Counted from the first letter of the stretch, positions 26,051 to 40,427 are shown. The stretch is DNA of 53,916 bases from Moniliella sp. 'wahieum' (GCA_003971905.1 RSEE01000086.1:248001-301916), one strand, 5' to 3'. Made by a program: numbers and translations. Notes: generated by a model from the letters alone, not told the origin.

Positions 26051-29000
26051 CGCGCTGACAGAATTGCCTCACCCGCGGCAGATTACTCCTCTGACATTTT
26101 TGAAGGTATTTTATGTCTTAAACATAAATGATGTCTTTTGGTGATCCGCTGTGCTATCAGCCCAAAAGTAGCTGCCGATGGCGTGTTCAGGGTAGCGTAG
26201 GGATGAAAAAGTAGTACCAATGCTCCTCTATCTTATTTCTTGTGGGCGCAACGTGGGAAGAAGGGTTGGGAACCTTGGACGAGGAATGGAGAAGTAGCGA
26301 CTAAAAATTCAGCTTATGCCAGCGCAGTGAATTTTGAAAGGACCACCAGTCTCCGTATTCCTCGCTTCGTTCAAACAAGTAGCGTATATATCCTGCTGAA
26401 CAGGATACAAGTTGTTGGCATCCGCACCCGGCTCTGCAAAAGGCTTGATCCTAATCTTTCTAAGTTGGAATTCATCACGCCTGTGGTAGGAGGATGGAGC
26501 TTGCTATCTAAACCAAACTCTCACAGAGCGACTCCGACGTAAGTGGATGCGGAGCGGCTCTCGGCATCTGGAAAAACCGGCGGGGGGGATAAGAGGGCAG
26601 CAATCGCGTTGATGTGTCCCGTCCGGGCACCTATCCAAGGACCTATCTTTTTTCACATTGGACAACCCCTTTGGCATGGGATTAATCTTAGGGTCAGGCC
26701 GCTTCAACGGGGTTGCAGGTAAGTTTTATTACACCACTCACAGTCGAATACCAACTATGTACCCCTCGTAAGATCCCTTCTTTATTGGAACCACCTGTTC
26801 CCTCTTCTTCATAAAAGTACAGTACATCAGGGTCTCATGCTTGCAGTTGCCACTGCTTCGACTGCAACTGGCTCGGGACATTGAGAAAGAGTACCTGTGA
26901 ATGTCCGGGAAACGCCGGTCGTGGCCACAACTCAACGAGCATGGCCAGTGTAGAATTTCTACGACGTGAAAACCCAGAAGGGGTCTTGTGCAACGCACAT
27001 CATTCGAAGATTTGCTTCTTGCATGGTTCAGGCCAGCGCAAGGTGCGATAGCGATGGCGTCTCAGAATGATCGTTTCTTCCTCCCTTGTCTGGAAGGGAA
27101 TTATGATCTCCGTTCCATATGGGAGCTATTGCATCCAGGCTCTTATTCCTTAGTAGGTTAACACTCAAGTGTCGGGGGGTTTCAAAATACCATTCTATAC
27201 CAAGATAACAATCATTGATGAACACGGGAACGAACACCTCAAAATGGCTCAGACGAGCTGAAGCTGAATGGCTATTCCCGCTGCCCAAGCCCATACATTG
27301 ACATGTTCCCGACGCCCGTTGGGAATGAGTGAGACGATGTACGGTCACATACTCCTGCCTTTCCTATTTGTTAAACAGAAATTAAGATTATACTCGTAGA
27401 AAGAGCGTCTCATCAGTGGATCTGGTAAGTAAGTGGCGTATAAATTGTATGGCAATCTTGGGCTTGTGTTGCCGTTGCCAATTCGCTGACTGGATATGAA
27501 TTTTATGCAATTCACATTTATACAGGTGCCTAAGGCAGAGTTGTAGCGGAGTGGAAGTTTGCAGTAGCAATTGTAAATTAGTAGCAATTCTGGATATTTG
27601 GGCCTGGATGCACCATGCAGTGACTAGCGCCACGTAATGTGCCTCTGTTGGAGGATAGGGCCAGATTCCTTGCTCAGCCCTCAGTTAACTTGTGACGCTC
27701 GCCTACCCGGGCGGAAGTGTTCCCCTCACAGGATGGGTGTCGCTCCATCTGGTTCGTCTCTCTCCTGCCTCATTCCATCCAGACGTTGTTTAAATACACC
27801 GGTCAGACCCCTATTTGCCCCTACACCCTGCGTGAAGGCGATAAGGCGGCAGATACATCAGTCCCAGGTCGCACTCTAGAAGACTCATATCCATTTATTT
27901 TATTTTTCGCTATCTTCATGTACATCGTGCATACCTATACCGTCTAGTTGTGCTGTTCGCGCGGTAGTTTCCATTTATCAGGAAAGATTAGGGTCGTTAA
28001 AATTGTTGTACCATATAAATTGCGTAAACCTTGTGCGAGCACTGATCGCAATTATAAATGTAGTTGCCACACGACTTTGATTATTTTTCGATGGAGTAGT
28101 ATCTTACAGGTCATTTCCCTTCTAGCAGCTGCACTGCAGTTCAGTTCACTTCACTTTTCCAAACCTGTATCTGGACATGTGTCAGCAAAACGGCGTCTGT
28201 ATACCACAAACCCATTATGTCCTCCAACAATCCAGTGGCAGTTACCGGGGCTTTGGACGCACACTTCACAAGGGTAGTCAACAATTGAGTGAAACCTTAG
28301 TATATTCTCTTCTTTCTGTTGACATCTGTCCAAGTGCTCACATCCTGTGGTAGTAGCGAGGCCGACACTCTCCCAATAGTTAGTATTTTACACCTGGACA
28401 AATGGACTCTAACCAAACCAGTTGACAGTTCTTCATGTAATGTAGGCAAGACCGGCACGTAGATTCCCGGCTCGACGGGCAAATGCTGTGAAAAGTATGT
28501 TCAGCTGTGGGTCAGTTCTACCAACTCTAACAATTGCTCGCCCATCATCATGGGAAAATGCAATCCCAGAGAAAATATGATACCCCCTTTTGTATCGCCT
28601 GGTTCTGTTGCGTGGATGAATTACGTGCTCGAGTTATGACATGCCTGCTACCAGTGACGCTGCAGTCACCACTGAGCAGGATCTTATATTTTTCTTCTCT
28701 CTTGTATCGATTTGCGCTTTGCTCAGAATCTATGTAGGGGCATTCCGGGACTTTTCGCATTCTCCTCAGTTATCCGCAGTAATGGGACCACTTCACGGAA
28801 CGTTCATATGGTTCAGGTTCTTTCGTTGTATCCTCATTGAACCCCCTATTTTGTGCGCGTATCCTTGGCTTCACCGTTCATAACAACGGAGCCAATTCTG
28901 ATTCTATAGAAGACTATCATTCAATGCCTGGGTAGTTCATCAGACCAGAGTGTACGAGGCAGCGAGAAATAGAGATACGTCAAATATAGCATGAACTCCT

Positions 29001-31503
29001 CTATGATTCTAGTTCATTCTGTAGAGCCAGCGCATGCTCGAGTCTAAGTGGCATCACTAGATGAAGGCCTCGTTTATGGGGCGGCACCGGTGACACGACG
29101 CACATATTTATAGAAACAAACAAAAATACGCTTGTCATACTGATTCTCCATCGCTTTCCCCTTCACCACCGCATACATCCTTCGATTCCCTGATGCCTAT
29201 CGCTTTCTCGTTTCACTTCCAGTGACACACGCTGGCGGTGGAGAAGATGATTGGGTGCACGTACCACGCGCTTCATTCGAAGTCGCCCTACCTCTCAAAA
29301 AACTTAACTTTCATACCAGTTTACTAGTAAATGAAAGTGAGAGGAGCCCGTCGTCTGTATCTACTCCATCTGTCGCCGTGCTCTCTACTTTTGGCGTCGA
29401 GAGAGTGGAGCGGAACGTGTATCATTTGATCGTGCAGCTCCATTTCTGTAACGCCTGTTAAGGCCCGGCAGACTATCCGGCACAGAAAATATAGAGCAAG
29501 GTGAGCCCGACGGTGAGCCCCCACCCCCCCTCCATAAAACATCGCTCTCTACGTCGCAACGCTTGTGAACACCCGACCTTCCTTCAATCCTCCCTAGACA
29601 CCGCTCGACTGTACTCGGTCCTACCCGGGGTTGATAGTCATGTGGATTGAGGTGCACGACGGTCCCTTGACCCACTACGGTGCAACATTGGGCATCTCCC
29701 TCCGCGGACGCGGAACGGACCTCTTGACTGTAATTGGAAGGCTGGCATATGGGAGAAAAGGCGAGTCTGTGGCCGTGAGCTGCGGCAATGGTCATACAAC
29801 CAGCCGATCCCTGAACCCTACTGGAGATAAGTGAAGGACTGTAGGTTGTCGTGAGAAGGAAACGGAAGGAGGGGGTTACGTGAGGAAATGATTTATGCAA
29901 GCTTAGTACTGTACTAAGAGCTAGGTTGTTGACCCCCACCGCTTACCACCCACAGCCTCATGTGTTCGTCAACTAAGCAGGCGGGAGAGGTGGGCAAGGA
30001 GGGTTGAGACTCTGGTGTTGCCGTTGTGTGACTGCAGTGCACTGGCATATGATGCCATGGCCTTCTCTCCAGATGCGATGCAAAGCGCGGATGAATCAAC
30101 CGACAGACGGACGGAGGATGGTACTTGTTCATCTTCTGATCCGTCTATCGTATCTATAGCCCGCGAGTATGGGTCGTTGGGGGGTGGGGCTCCGAGTGTT
30201 GACAATGCCTATGCCTCTTCTGATTAGTCGCATGCCCCTCCTTGCTCTCCTGTCACAAGCAAAGAAGGACTGGCAATGAAAGCGTGGGGGAGCCCATGTG
30301 CTCTCTTCTTCTATGAGACGGATGGGCTGCGGATATGACGAGGTTGATGCTCCTCGTGCGCTCGATGATCTCGACGGCCAACCTCCCCCCCTGGCACTAA
30401 AGGAGAAACGTTAGGGGACTAACAACCCTGGGCAGCTCATCCCTCTCCTGGACATACGATCCGGATCTTGGTGGATGCACTGAGGAGCAAAGATTGGGTG
30501 ACGTCTCGGGCGGTGTGACTTTGGTACACACAGAAGAATATCAAGTTCGTTGGAAGGCACGAATTGGAAGGCACAAATGTGTATAATCTAGCTTACCCTC
30601 TCTCCCCACCTGATGGGCCACAGCCGAGCGGCGTCGCATTGAGCATACTCTGCCCCAACTCATTGCACTCAGTGTATGGCACCCCAATCGGACCTGCCGC
30701 TGACTTCTGCAAGGATCGATGGGCGGCTATATCCCTTCCATCCTCGTCCCGATCCTTAGGAGATGATTCTATAGCCACAACGCGGGCGAGAATAGGAGGG
30801 ATTGGTGTCGTCGAGGGGGCGGGGGGGGGGGGGGGGGGCGAATGCGCCAGGCTGTTTTGGGTGGGACGCCGTGGTGGCCGATAGTCAGAGGAAGCGGTCG
30901 GGAGAGATGTGAGGGATGTGTTTGGGGGTTGAAGGGGGGCAGTATATGTGCTACTCTGCCCTGCCCTCTGCCCTCTGCCCTCTGCTTTCTTTTGCGTTTG
31001 CTGTTGGATGTGTAGCTGGGTTGACCGGTACGGCTGCTTCTGTCCTGCTCCTCGCCGCACTCAGGGGGTTGCGCGTAGAAAGGGGGGAGGTGGGTGCCGG
31101 GCGAGAGACAGATCTGGCGGCGGCGGATCAGGGAGAGCATGAGCGGCGATGGCTGGAGAGTTCTTGCGCGGCATGCTGCATCGCTGTGGGGGGTTGGCCT
31201 GCTCGCCATCCCCAGCGTCCTGTCCCGCATGGACGTCATGCCGCACCCAGTCGCATAGAGCTATACCCCCGATCGACTGAGGGGAGACGAGTATCGGATG
31301 CGATGGTATTCTCACATCAACCATAACATTTAAGTCACCCCTTCAGCCCCCCCCTTGTCCCGTCCGAGCCCAGCATCCCAGCCTCCTCACTTCGAACCCC
31401 CCCCCACACCCACAACCACCACGACCGTGGGTCTTGCACGACACGTGGACGTGGACGTGGACGTGTTGAAGTGCTGCCCGCGGTGGTGGACCACAGACTG
31501 GCC

Positions 31504-33392
31504 ATGAAGACGCGCGCGGGCGCAAGTGACGAGGAGGCTTATACACACGCCGTTGGGTTAGCGATACGCTGCGGCGTGAGTGGTGCGGCACGACTCGAGT
31601 CCCGATCAGGGTGTGGCGTCACACGATGCGCACGACGTGCGAGTGCTGGAGAGTGATCCGAGTTGGTACTGGATGGCAAGCCGTCGGTCAACTTGCCTCT
31701 CAACTTGGTCTCTCGTGTAATTGGTTTGTCTCGACCGACTTGAACGAGGGCTTTCGTCTGGTCCGGGTACGTTTTTGTTGTTGGTTTTTGTGGGCTGGAG
31801 CATATGGACAGAGGAGAAACATGGGTGGGCTTGCAGGCATACAACAAGTGCTCAAGTGAAGAGGGCGCGACTGACACGACAAAAACCCCATACTGACTCT
31901 CTCTTTTTACCCTTTGGCGATGCACATACGTGCAGTGGGTGTGCTGAACTGTGCCACTGGCTGGATGCATTATTGGCTGGGCCACTACAATCTCAACTTG
32001 GACTTGGCCGATGCCGACGAGGATGAGTCGACAGTGTGACTAGTGACGATCCATGGGCGGGTGTGTGTGGATGGTTGTGGATGCGTGGCATGCGCCAAAA
32101 AGGTCGTGCGGGCGGACGAGAACCAAGTGCGTGCGTTGGGCACAGCGACGACGAGCTCGTCACCCGACAAGCCCAACCTGCTCGTCGGGGCCAACACGCG
32201 GACGTGTGCGTCGAGACGGCAAAAAGGCAGGCAAGTACTTGGACATGGAGTTGCGTCTCTCATGTGCCGATCAGAAGCGCTGGGTGGAAAGAAGTATAAT
32301 ACCGTCTCGATTTCGACCCGGCGCAGGCCGTGGCGATGGCGGATGCCGCGAATACGATGACCGTGTACGTGATTGCCGGGTGGACGTGCACGGGGGCGAT
32401 CGAGCCGGTGGCCGAGACGTGTGTGCGCGGGTGGACGAAGAAGAGCTGGAGGCGGGGACGGGGATCGATACTCCCATCTCCACGTCGATGCGGCGTCGGG
32501 CGGGTTGGTGTTGCCCTTTCTTTCCCGCCCGACTTGGTGTGGGACTGACTACTTGGCGTGGCGCGCGTCGCGTCCATCACTGCTGCGTACGGAAGCAAGT
32601 ACGGCCTCGCGGTTCGCTCGGCTTTTACTCTCTCACCTTTCCCCGCTAAGGCTGGCGCAGTACTACCACTGTATCCAGCTCGGCCGCCACTGGGGATCAT
32701 ACCGCGCCAATGTTGCGGCCGTCCGACGCACTGAGCGCATGCTGTGGCGCGCGCGCTCGAGCAGAGCGGGTACTACGACGTGCTGTCCGACGTGCTCCGT
32801 CCGCGTAATCGTGATCGTAATCATAATGCTGCTGCGGATGGTGACGGTGAGGGCGAGGGCGGTGGCGAGGGCGGTAGAGAAGATGGCGAGGCTGTTGACC
32901 ACGGCGATCCCCGCCAGACCAACTGTTGCACCACCCGTCGCTGGCCGTGGAGGCGTTCAAGTGGACCGACGGAAGCGTTTCTCCCGGCGCATCCATCGGA
33001 CGCTACCATCCGTTTGCCCTCACCAGTATGGGCAAGGGCACCAGCACGGGCACCGCCGACAGCCCCGACGCCCATCCCGCGGCGGAGCAGCTGCTGGCGC
33101 TCCCGCCCGGCTCGGTCGTTCAATCCCAATCCCAATCCCAATCCCAATCCCAATCCCAATCCCAATCCCAATCCCAATCCCAATCCCAATCCCAATCCCA
33201 ATCCCAATCCCAATCCCAATCCCAATCCCAATCCCGGTCTCCCAGTCCTTTGTCCAGCCGTCGTGCGCAGCACACAGCCACACCCACAACCGCCACAAGA
33301 GACGCACCATGTACTTGCCCGCAGTGAGCCAGACGGACGTTGCTGCGACCGCGACTGCGACGCCGTGCGAGGGGTTTGGGCGGGGGTGGTGA
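31504..33392 (+). CDS. Hypothetical protein (fragmented)
   Basis: GC-rich coding-like tract with overlapping ORFs, a GTACGT donor near 31767, an acidic/Gly linker and an in-frame dipeptide repeat. No family recognised. Confidence 0.35.
33121..33235. repeat. Perfect (CAATCC)19 microsatellite
   Basis: Read directly. Confidence 0.97.
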
Positions 33393-33974
33393 GCTGGGCT
33401 ACGTTTGGGTGGAGGCGCTAGCGTGAGCATGAGCATGGGCAGCATCTTGGGTGTGGGTGGGAACATGACAAGCAGCGTCCCGACGAGCACGAAGAGGGAG
33501 GCAGGCACCATGTCTATGTCCATGGCCATGGCCATCGTAATCGCATGTTGTGGTAGCCAGCGAAGCAACGCCCATCTCTTGTAGCAGTGCGTAGGGCGCA
33601 CTTGGCCAACCGAGGCGGGGGCGGGCACATGCCAGCGTGCCTTGGCTGGCGCCCATGCATGCGCCCCTGCGCTCCTGCCCAGCGGCTAGCCACCGCGGCC
33701 CGAGACGCAGGCCGTGGTGGTGGTGGTGCTGCTGGTGGTACTCGTGGTGGTGGTGGTGGAGGAGATGGTGGCCATCACGTGGGCAACCGACGGCTGAGGC
33801 GTGGGGAAGCTGACTGATCCTGAGCTCAGCTGAGTTAGTTGCGTGTTAGTTGGAATTTGGTTACTCAGCGCACCGCCGCCATCGGCATTGCGACTGCCAC
33901 TGCGCGCCTCCTTCTCTCTGCTCATCGCCTTTCTCTTTCCCTTTCCCTTCCCCACCCCTTCCCCTTCCGCACCC

Positions 33975-36820
33975 ATGCCGTCGCTCGCGATGCGCGGGGC
34001 GCGCGGGGCGATGCTGCTGAGCGCAGTGCTGGTGGCGCTGGTGGCTGTGGGCTTGCTGTGGTGGCGCGTGTGCCTTCTTCGGTGCCGGCGGTGCTGGCAG
34101 GGCGGGTGGACCGGTGGATCCCACCAGTACTGCGTCCGCGCGGGAAGCGGTACCCCCCATTGCCGTACGTGGGGCTGGAGGTATCCTCCACGGGCTTCCC
34201 GCGGCTCGCGACGAGCGATCCAGAAGAACTACCCAGCTACCCGCCCGACGCACTGCGTCGTGCCGCCCACCACACCGTCTTTGGCCTCGGCATCGACGAC
34301 ATTACCGGCCCCATCGTGCAGACCAACATGATGGGCTATGCGACGATGGAGCAGTTCAACCAGGGCATCCACATGCGCACCTGGGCGCGCGCATTTATCG
34401 TTGGCTCTGCCGCCTCGGGGCCGGTGAACGCCAGCTCCATTGCCACCACCACCACCACCACTGGCAATGCGACTGCCGACCCGCTCGCTGACCCGGGCGG
34501 GCTGGACCCAGTCGACGGCGCGCCGGACCGGTGGTGTGCTGGTGAACGCCGATCTGTGCATGGGCGATACGGCAATACGTCGTGCGCTGGTGCACCGACG
34601 CGCAGCGCCTACCCCGGGCTGTACGGCGAGCGGAACGTAGCGCTGGTCGGGACGCACAACCACGCCGGTATGGCCGGCTACCACAACACCCTCCTTCCCA
34701 CCGTGACCAACCTGGGCATCAGTCGACAAACGGTGGATGCGATTGTCGAGGGGTGTTACCGCGCGGTGTTGCGTGCGCACCACGACTTTGAGCAGCGTCG
34801 CGCAACGGTCGTCGATTTGGTTGAGCGCAGCACCAGCAGCCGTTCGGACAGCGACAGCCACGCTGCGGCTGCGAGCGCTGCTGCGCTGGCTGCGCTCCAG
34901 CTCGACTTTGCCAACACTTCGCTGGCGGATGCGCACGTCAACCGGTCGCCTCTGGCGTACGCGGCGAACCCCGAGGCGGAGCGGGCGTACTGGGGCAGCG
35001 AGCAGGACGATGAGTTTGCGCTGGTGCGGTTCCGGGACACGGACGGGGCAGTGCGTGGGTTTGTGAGTTGGTATGCTGTGCATGGCACGTCGCTCAAGCC
35101 GAACAACACGTTGACTTCGTCGGACAACAAGGGCCTTGCAGCGTTTCTCGTCGAGCAAAGCAAGCTGAGAAGCAAGCGCTTGCTCGGGGCCGTAGCGCGT
35201 CCGAGGCTGCGTCGGACGCGCTGGACCAAGCTCCCGGTACCATTGGCTTTATCGCCGGCTTTGCCCAGGCGTCCGTCGGCGACACGTCGCCCAACACGCT
35301 CGGATCGTTTTGCGAAGGCAGCAACCAGCCGTGCGATGCGCGCACGTCCACGTGCCGCGTACCTTTTCTCTTTGGCCTGCTGCAGCGCACCACGACCACC
35401 ACGTGTCACTCGCGCGGGCCCGGCCACGGGGACGAGGCAGCAAGGCAGATGGCCCCGACGGGCGGGTACGATTGGCGGTCGAACGAGCTGATTGGGGCCA
35501 AGCAAGCGGATACGGCTCTCAAGCTGCTGGCTTTGCCCGCGTCCAACTTTACACGCGTAGCGGGCGCAACGCGCGTGGTCAAGTGGACCGTCGACCTGAG
35601 CAACTATACCGTTACCTTACCCAACGGCACGCGGGTCTCGACCCGCCCAGCGTCGCTCGGGTTCGCCTTTGCTGGTGGCACGACCGATGGGCCCGGGCAG
35701 TTCGACTTTCACCAAGGCCACACTAAGGGCGACTGGACCAACCCTCTATGGCGGTTCCTGCGACCGGTGGTGCACGAGCCATCGGCTGCGCAACAGGCCG
35801 CGCACGAGCCCAAGGCCATCTTGCTCGACACGGGCGTCTTGACCTGGCCCTACGCCTGGAGCCCATCGGCAGTCGAGACCCAGCTCTTCCAGACAGGCAA
35901 CTTGTTCGTCCTCGTCGTGCCGGGGAGATGACGACGATGGCTGGGCGGCGGCTCAAGGCAGCTGTGCGCGCTTCGATCCGCGCGCACCTGCCTGGGTTTG
36001 ACGGGGACGTTGACCACGGCGGCGGCGTCGAGCCACTGGTGCTGCTCACCGGCCGGGCAACACGTACGCGCACTAATCACGACCGAGGAGGAGTACGCGG
36101 TCGGTGCAGCGGTACGAAGGTGGAGCCACAGTCTTTGGGCCGTGGACATTAACTGCCTTGACCGACATTTATGCGCGGGTGCTGGTGCCTGCGCTGCGGA
36201 GGGCGCGCCGCCACCGCCAAGGGGAACGTTGGTGCCGACCAACGTGGGTCGCGCACCCGAGCTGGTACCGGGCGTGGTGATCGACCGTCCTGGCGTGGAA
36301 AACAGTTTGGTCAACTGCTCCATGCGCCACAGACCACGTACCGCGTCCCACCCACTTCTGCGCCCGGCTTGGCGCCCGTCGGCGCACATGCCACCTCCAG
36401 CAACGTCACCGTCTCCTTTGTCGCGGCCAACCCGCGGAACGATGTGCGGCTGGGCCAGAGCCACTTTGTGGTGCAGCGCCTTGTCCCGTCGGACCTGCAC
36501 GTGGACGTGGACGTGGACGCGGACGTGGACATGGGGGGACGTGGCGGACGGTACGGACCGATGCGCACCACACGACGACGATGCGCTGGACGCCGACGAG
36601 CTTGGTGGGCGGGACGAGCGAGGTGAGCATTGCGTGGGCGATTGAGCCCCACACTGCGCCTGGCGTGTACCGTATCGTGTACTTTGGCGCAGCCAAGGCC
36701 TGGTCCGGCGAGTTGACCCGCTTCACCGGTACCAGCCCCACTTTCCGTGTCCTCCCGCCCGATCCCAATGGCGATGGCAATGGCGATGGCAATGGCAATG
36801 GCGATCGGGCCGACGCCTAA
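33975..36820 (+). CDS. Neutral/alkaline non-lysosomal ceramidase
   Basis: N-terminal signal anchor; GIDDITGP, MMGYA, GIHMRTWARAFIV, GTHNHAG, NRSPLAY, VHGTS..N....SDNKG, GDTSPN (GDVSPN-type catalytic motif), AGGTTDGPG, PGEMTTMAGRRL, ANPRND, PGVYRIVYFG. Confidence 0.93.
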
Positions 36821-37038
36821 CTCGCCGTTAGCGTCGCTCCTCAACCCACCCGAGCTCCATCGCGCCACACGTCTTGGCTACCTCGCTCGCTGCCGTTGCG
36901 CTTTGCCAAGCTACCTATCCCTCCTATGCCCCACACTACACACACTACATACTACACCACACGCAGAGGCAGGCTAGGATATTCAGCACGGTTCCGATTC
37001 CGACCCCTCGTGTGCTGCTCCACCTTAAGAGTTACACC

Positions 37039-40000
37039 TCAGGCGCGCAGCGGGCGGAGCCTGCGACGTCGCGCCGTGCGCGCCACGGGCGTAGCTACAT
37101 CCATCTTGACGTTCTCCTGTTGGCCAGTGGCCGAGCGGGGGCTAGGTAGCCGCCATAGCTGTCGTAGCTGCTGTTGCTGCGCCGAGACTGGTGCTGCGGT
37201 TCCGAGCATGAACGTGGGAATGAGCATGAGCATGGACGTGGGATGGGTATGGGCATGGTGAGCAGCCCCAGCTAACTTGCTCTTCTTCCCCACCGCTTCC
37301 GCCTCCGCCTCCGCCTCCAACTCCCGCTCCAACTCTCGCTCCAACTCCAACTCGGACGCGGCCGAGCTCGATGCGACGGACGAGGTGGGCGAAGAAGGTC
37401 GGTCTGGTCTCCCTCCCTCACGTTGGCATGTGGGTGGCCCTGATCCTGGTCCTGGTTCTGGTCCTGGGCTTGGGTGGCTCGTGGCGGCGGGGGAACCTCC
37501 TGTGCCTGTCCCGCTCCCGCTCCCTCTCTTTCGGACCGTAGCGCCGACGCAGAAAAGGGCAACAAGCTACGTATGGACGCTGCAGCCGGAGTGGGCGGGG
37601 GCAAGACGGTGTGCGAGTCGCGCGAAGCGCGGGGCAAGTGGAACGAGCTAACGTGCTGCTGCTCAGCGAGGGACGAAGGGAGGTACGTGCGACGCAAATG
37701 GTCCACTTCAGCCTGCTTAGCTCGAGCGCAATGGCCAACTTGAACCGTTCGTGTTCGGACGTGCACGGTGACGTTGGACGCGGACCAGTTCCAGTTCCTG
37801 GTCGGCGCTACGGCGTTCGAGACGGTCAATGCGGTCGAGCTGCGTCTGGTTTGTTTCGCGCTCAGTTTCCCGCTGGGTTTCGCGCTGCTCGAAGGTTTCC
37901 AGCTGGGCATGGGCCGAACGTAACTCGTCCTGCACCTGCTGCAGCTGCATCTGGAGCGCCGCGAGGGTGCCCTGAGCCTGGTCGCGCAGGTGCTGCGCTT
38001 GGACGCACTCATCGCGCGCGAGACGGAGCGCAGTATCGCGCTCATGCAGCTTTTGCAACGCATCTTCCTGAGCACGCTGAGCGTCCTCGAGTTGTCGCCG
38101 CGCCTCGTCACGCGCCTGCTCGGCATGGCGCATCCTCTTCCCACCCTTGCTCGCTAGCACGTTGCTCGTCGAGCCACAACCGACGCTGCTCCTCGGCTTC
38201 GTGCTCGGCTTGCTCCCACGCACGTTGGACCGCAGCGTGCTGCGCCTCTTCTTGCTCCTCCAGCGCACGCTGCAGCTCAGCCACTTGCGCTTCCGCATCG
38301 TACAACCGCTCCCGTACGTCCCGCTCTCGTCCCCATCTCCATCTCCATCTCCATTTGGTCCTTCGCTTTGATCTGGCGCTCGCGCTCGCTCTGGGGCGCC
38401 TCGGGACCCAATGTCGTATGCTCCACCAAGGACACACTGTGCATCTCGGCCCACCTACGCTGATGAGCGAGTAAAGCAGCCTGAGCATCCTGACTAGCCT
38501 GGAGGACAGCTTCCTCTCGCGCACGCTGCACTTGGACTTTAGTTTCTTCCTCTGCGCTGTTGAGGGCGAGGGTGAGTGCAGCACACTGGTCTTGCAAAGC
38601 TTGCACTTGCGTGTTCCAGCGCGCACGTTGCCTTGCGTGCGCACGGTGCGCTTGCTCCACACGACGCGCTAGGTCAGGTAGGTAGTGCAGCGCGGCGAGC
38701 GGCGCAGCCGCAGCCGTAGCTGGAGATGATACCGCCCCGGACGAGGTAGGTACCGAGGCGCCCACTGTCGACGGCGCAGAGGCCGGGCGGGCCAAGGGCG
38801 AGGGCGAGGGCCAAGCCAGGGGGGCCTGGGTAGTCAACGCGGTTTGGTAGGACGTTTCGTGGTGCGCATGGACGGTACCTTGGTGGTCGGTCTCTGGCTC
38901 GGGCTCGGGGTTGGGGACGCGCGACACCGACGCCGATGCCGATGGGACAGCAACCCACGCAAGTAGGTCGCATAGGCCACATGGGCCCGATCTAGATCGT
39001 GAACCGCATGGAGCAAGTCACTCTCGCTCGCGCTCGACCCATCCCCATCCTGATCCCCATCCACATCCCCGTCCCCGTCCTGATCTCCATCCCGATCCCC
39101 GCCCGCATGCTGGTTCCCATCCTCACCCCGATCCAGACGCCGATCGAGACCGCGAATTTCCCGCGGGCTGGGTCGACGTTGCGAGGAAGGGTATAGCGAC
39201 GAGGCGCTCGAGTACGGGTGGGGCGAGAGCGTCGGGGTGCTACCGTAGGATGGGGTAGCCGGTACGGCAGGTGTGGCAGTGAGATGGGCCGTGGGATGGA
39301 CGGTGGTGCTGGGGGGAAGAAGACCATTGCGATGAGCATGAGCATGAGTATGGCCAAGGGGGAGCAGAGGCGACGAGGCGGAAGGTAAAGGCGCGCGCTC
39401 TGTGCGCGGGGGCGAGGGGCCGGGGGAGGATGTGGGGAGCGAGGGGGCAACGGGGCCAGTACCAGTACCAGTTCCAGTTCCAGTAGCAGCGGTAGTAGCA
39501 GTACCCGTGCCAGGAGGCTGCGGGCGAGGGGAGAAAGAGGCCCGACGACTTGCTTCGGAAGGGTGCAAGGTGGAGCGAGTGGTGCCGTCTGCTGCGTGGG
39601 CGGGGAGGAGGCAGAGGGGGATTGCGAGTGAGAGTGAGAGGGGAGGAGGGCGACTGTGGGAGCGGGACGCGACGTGGGTCCGAAGCGAGCGACACCGACA
39701 CGTCCGATACGTCCAACGCGGGGGGAAGGGCGTCGCGGGCGCGGGGAGGGGAAGGGGCGACGTGCTGCACGTGGTTGAAGGGGGAGTAAGGGTCGTGTTG
39801 TGGCTGGCTCGTGCGCGCCGATACGGTTGCGGGCGGGGCGAGCGGAGGTGGGGGCACGGCCGAGGGAGCAAATCGTGCGAGGGAGACGAAGAAGGCGGTT
39901 GTAGTGCTCCTGCTGGTGCTGGTGCTGGTGCGGGGGAAGACGAAGACGATGGGGACGCAGCTTGCGTCTGGGCATAGCCGCGCTGCAAGTTGCTGCCCTC

Positions 40001-40427
40001 GCGGAGGAGGGTGCTGAAGGACAAGCTCTCCTCGTCGGCGAGCAGCGGTGGCTGTGGCGGGGCGCGCGAGGCAGCGGTGGCAGAGCGCGGGGTGGGGAAG
40101 ACGGGCCGCAGGCTGGGCTCGGGCGCAGGGTCGAGGAGGAGCGAGAGGGAGCCGTCGTCAAAGAGGCTGTCGTTGGCGGGGACAGAGAGGTGGGTGGTGT
40201 GGCAGCAGTGGCGGTGGCGGTGGCGGCGGTGGCGGAGGCGGGACGCACACTGGGAGACTCGAGATGGTCGTTGATGCTGATGTTGGAGAGCGAGAAGGAG
40301 GAAAGGCTCATGCTGCTCTCCTCGCCATTGTCGTAGAGGCGCTTGCCGAAGCGGACGGAGCTGCCGACCGTGTCGGTGGACTTGCGGCCGTGGCCGCGGC
40401 GGAGGATGGAGGTGGGGGTGAGATCAT
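37039..40427 (-). CDS. Large hypothetical protein: Ser/Pro-rich N-half, coiled-coil C-half
   Basis: Continuous coding-like ORF segments with long heptad, Q/E/R/A-rich stretches at ~37.7-38.7 kb. Start inferred near (M)DLTPTSILRR. Confidence 0.6.

Noticed and set aside
26738..31240. SWIM-like (CSRSSGNCKH), Tc1-like (PSTVERCL) and other ORF fragments in the island
   Set aside because: The matches are too short and have no supporting neighbouring motifs; they cannot be called without a profile search.
33121..33235. (CCCAAT)n as an interstitial telomere
   Set aside because: It is not a permutation of CCCTAA. It lies in a coding-like tract and resembles the many other hexamer microsatellites here.
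1697..36820. Lipid-metabolism gene cluster (START, ERG1, ceramidase)
   Set aside because: The genes are far apart and interleaved with unrelated housekeeping genes; there is no evidence of co-regulation.
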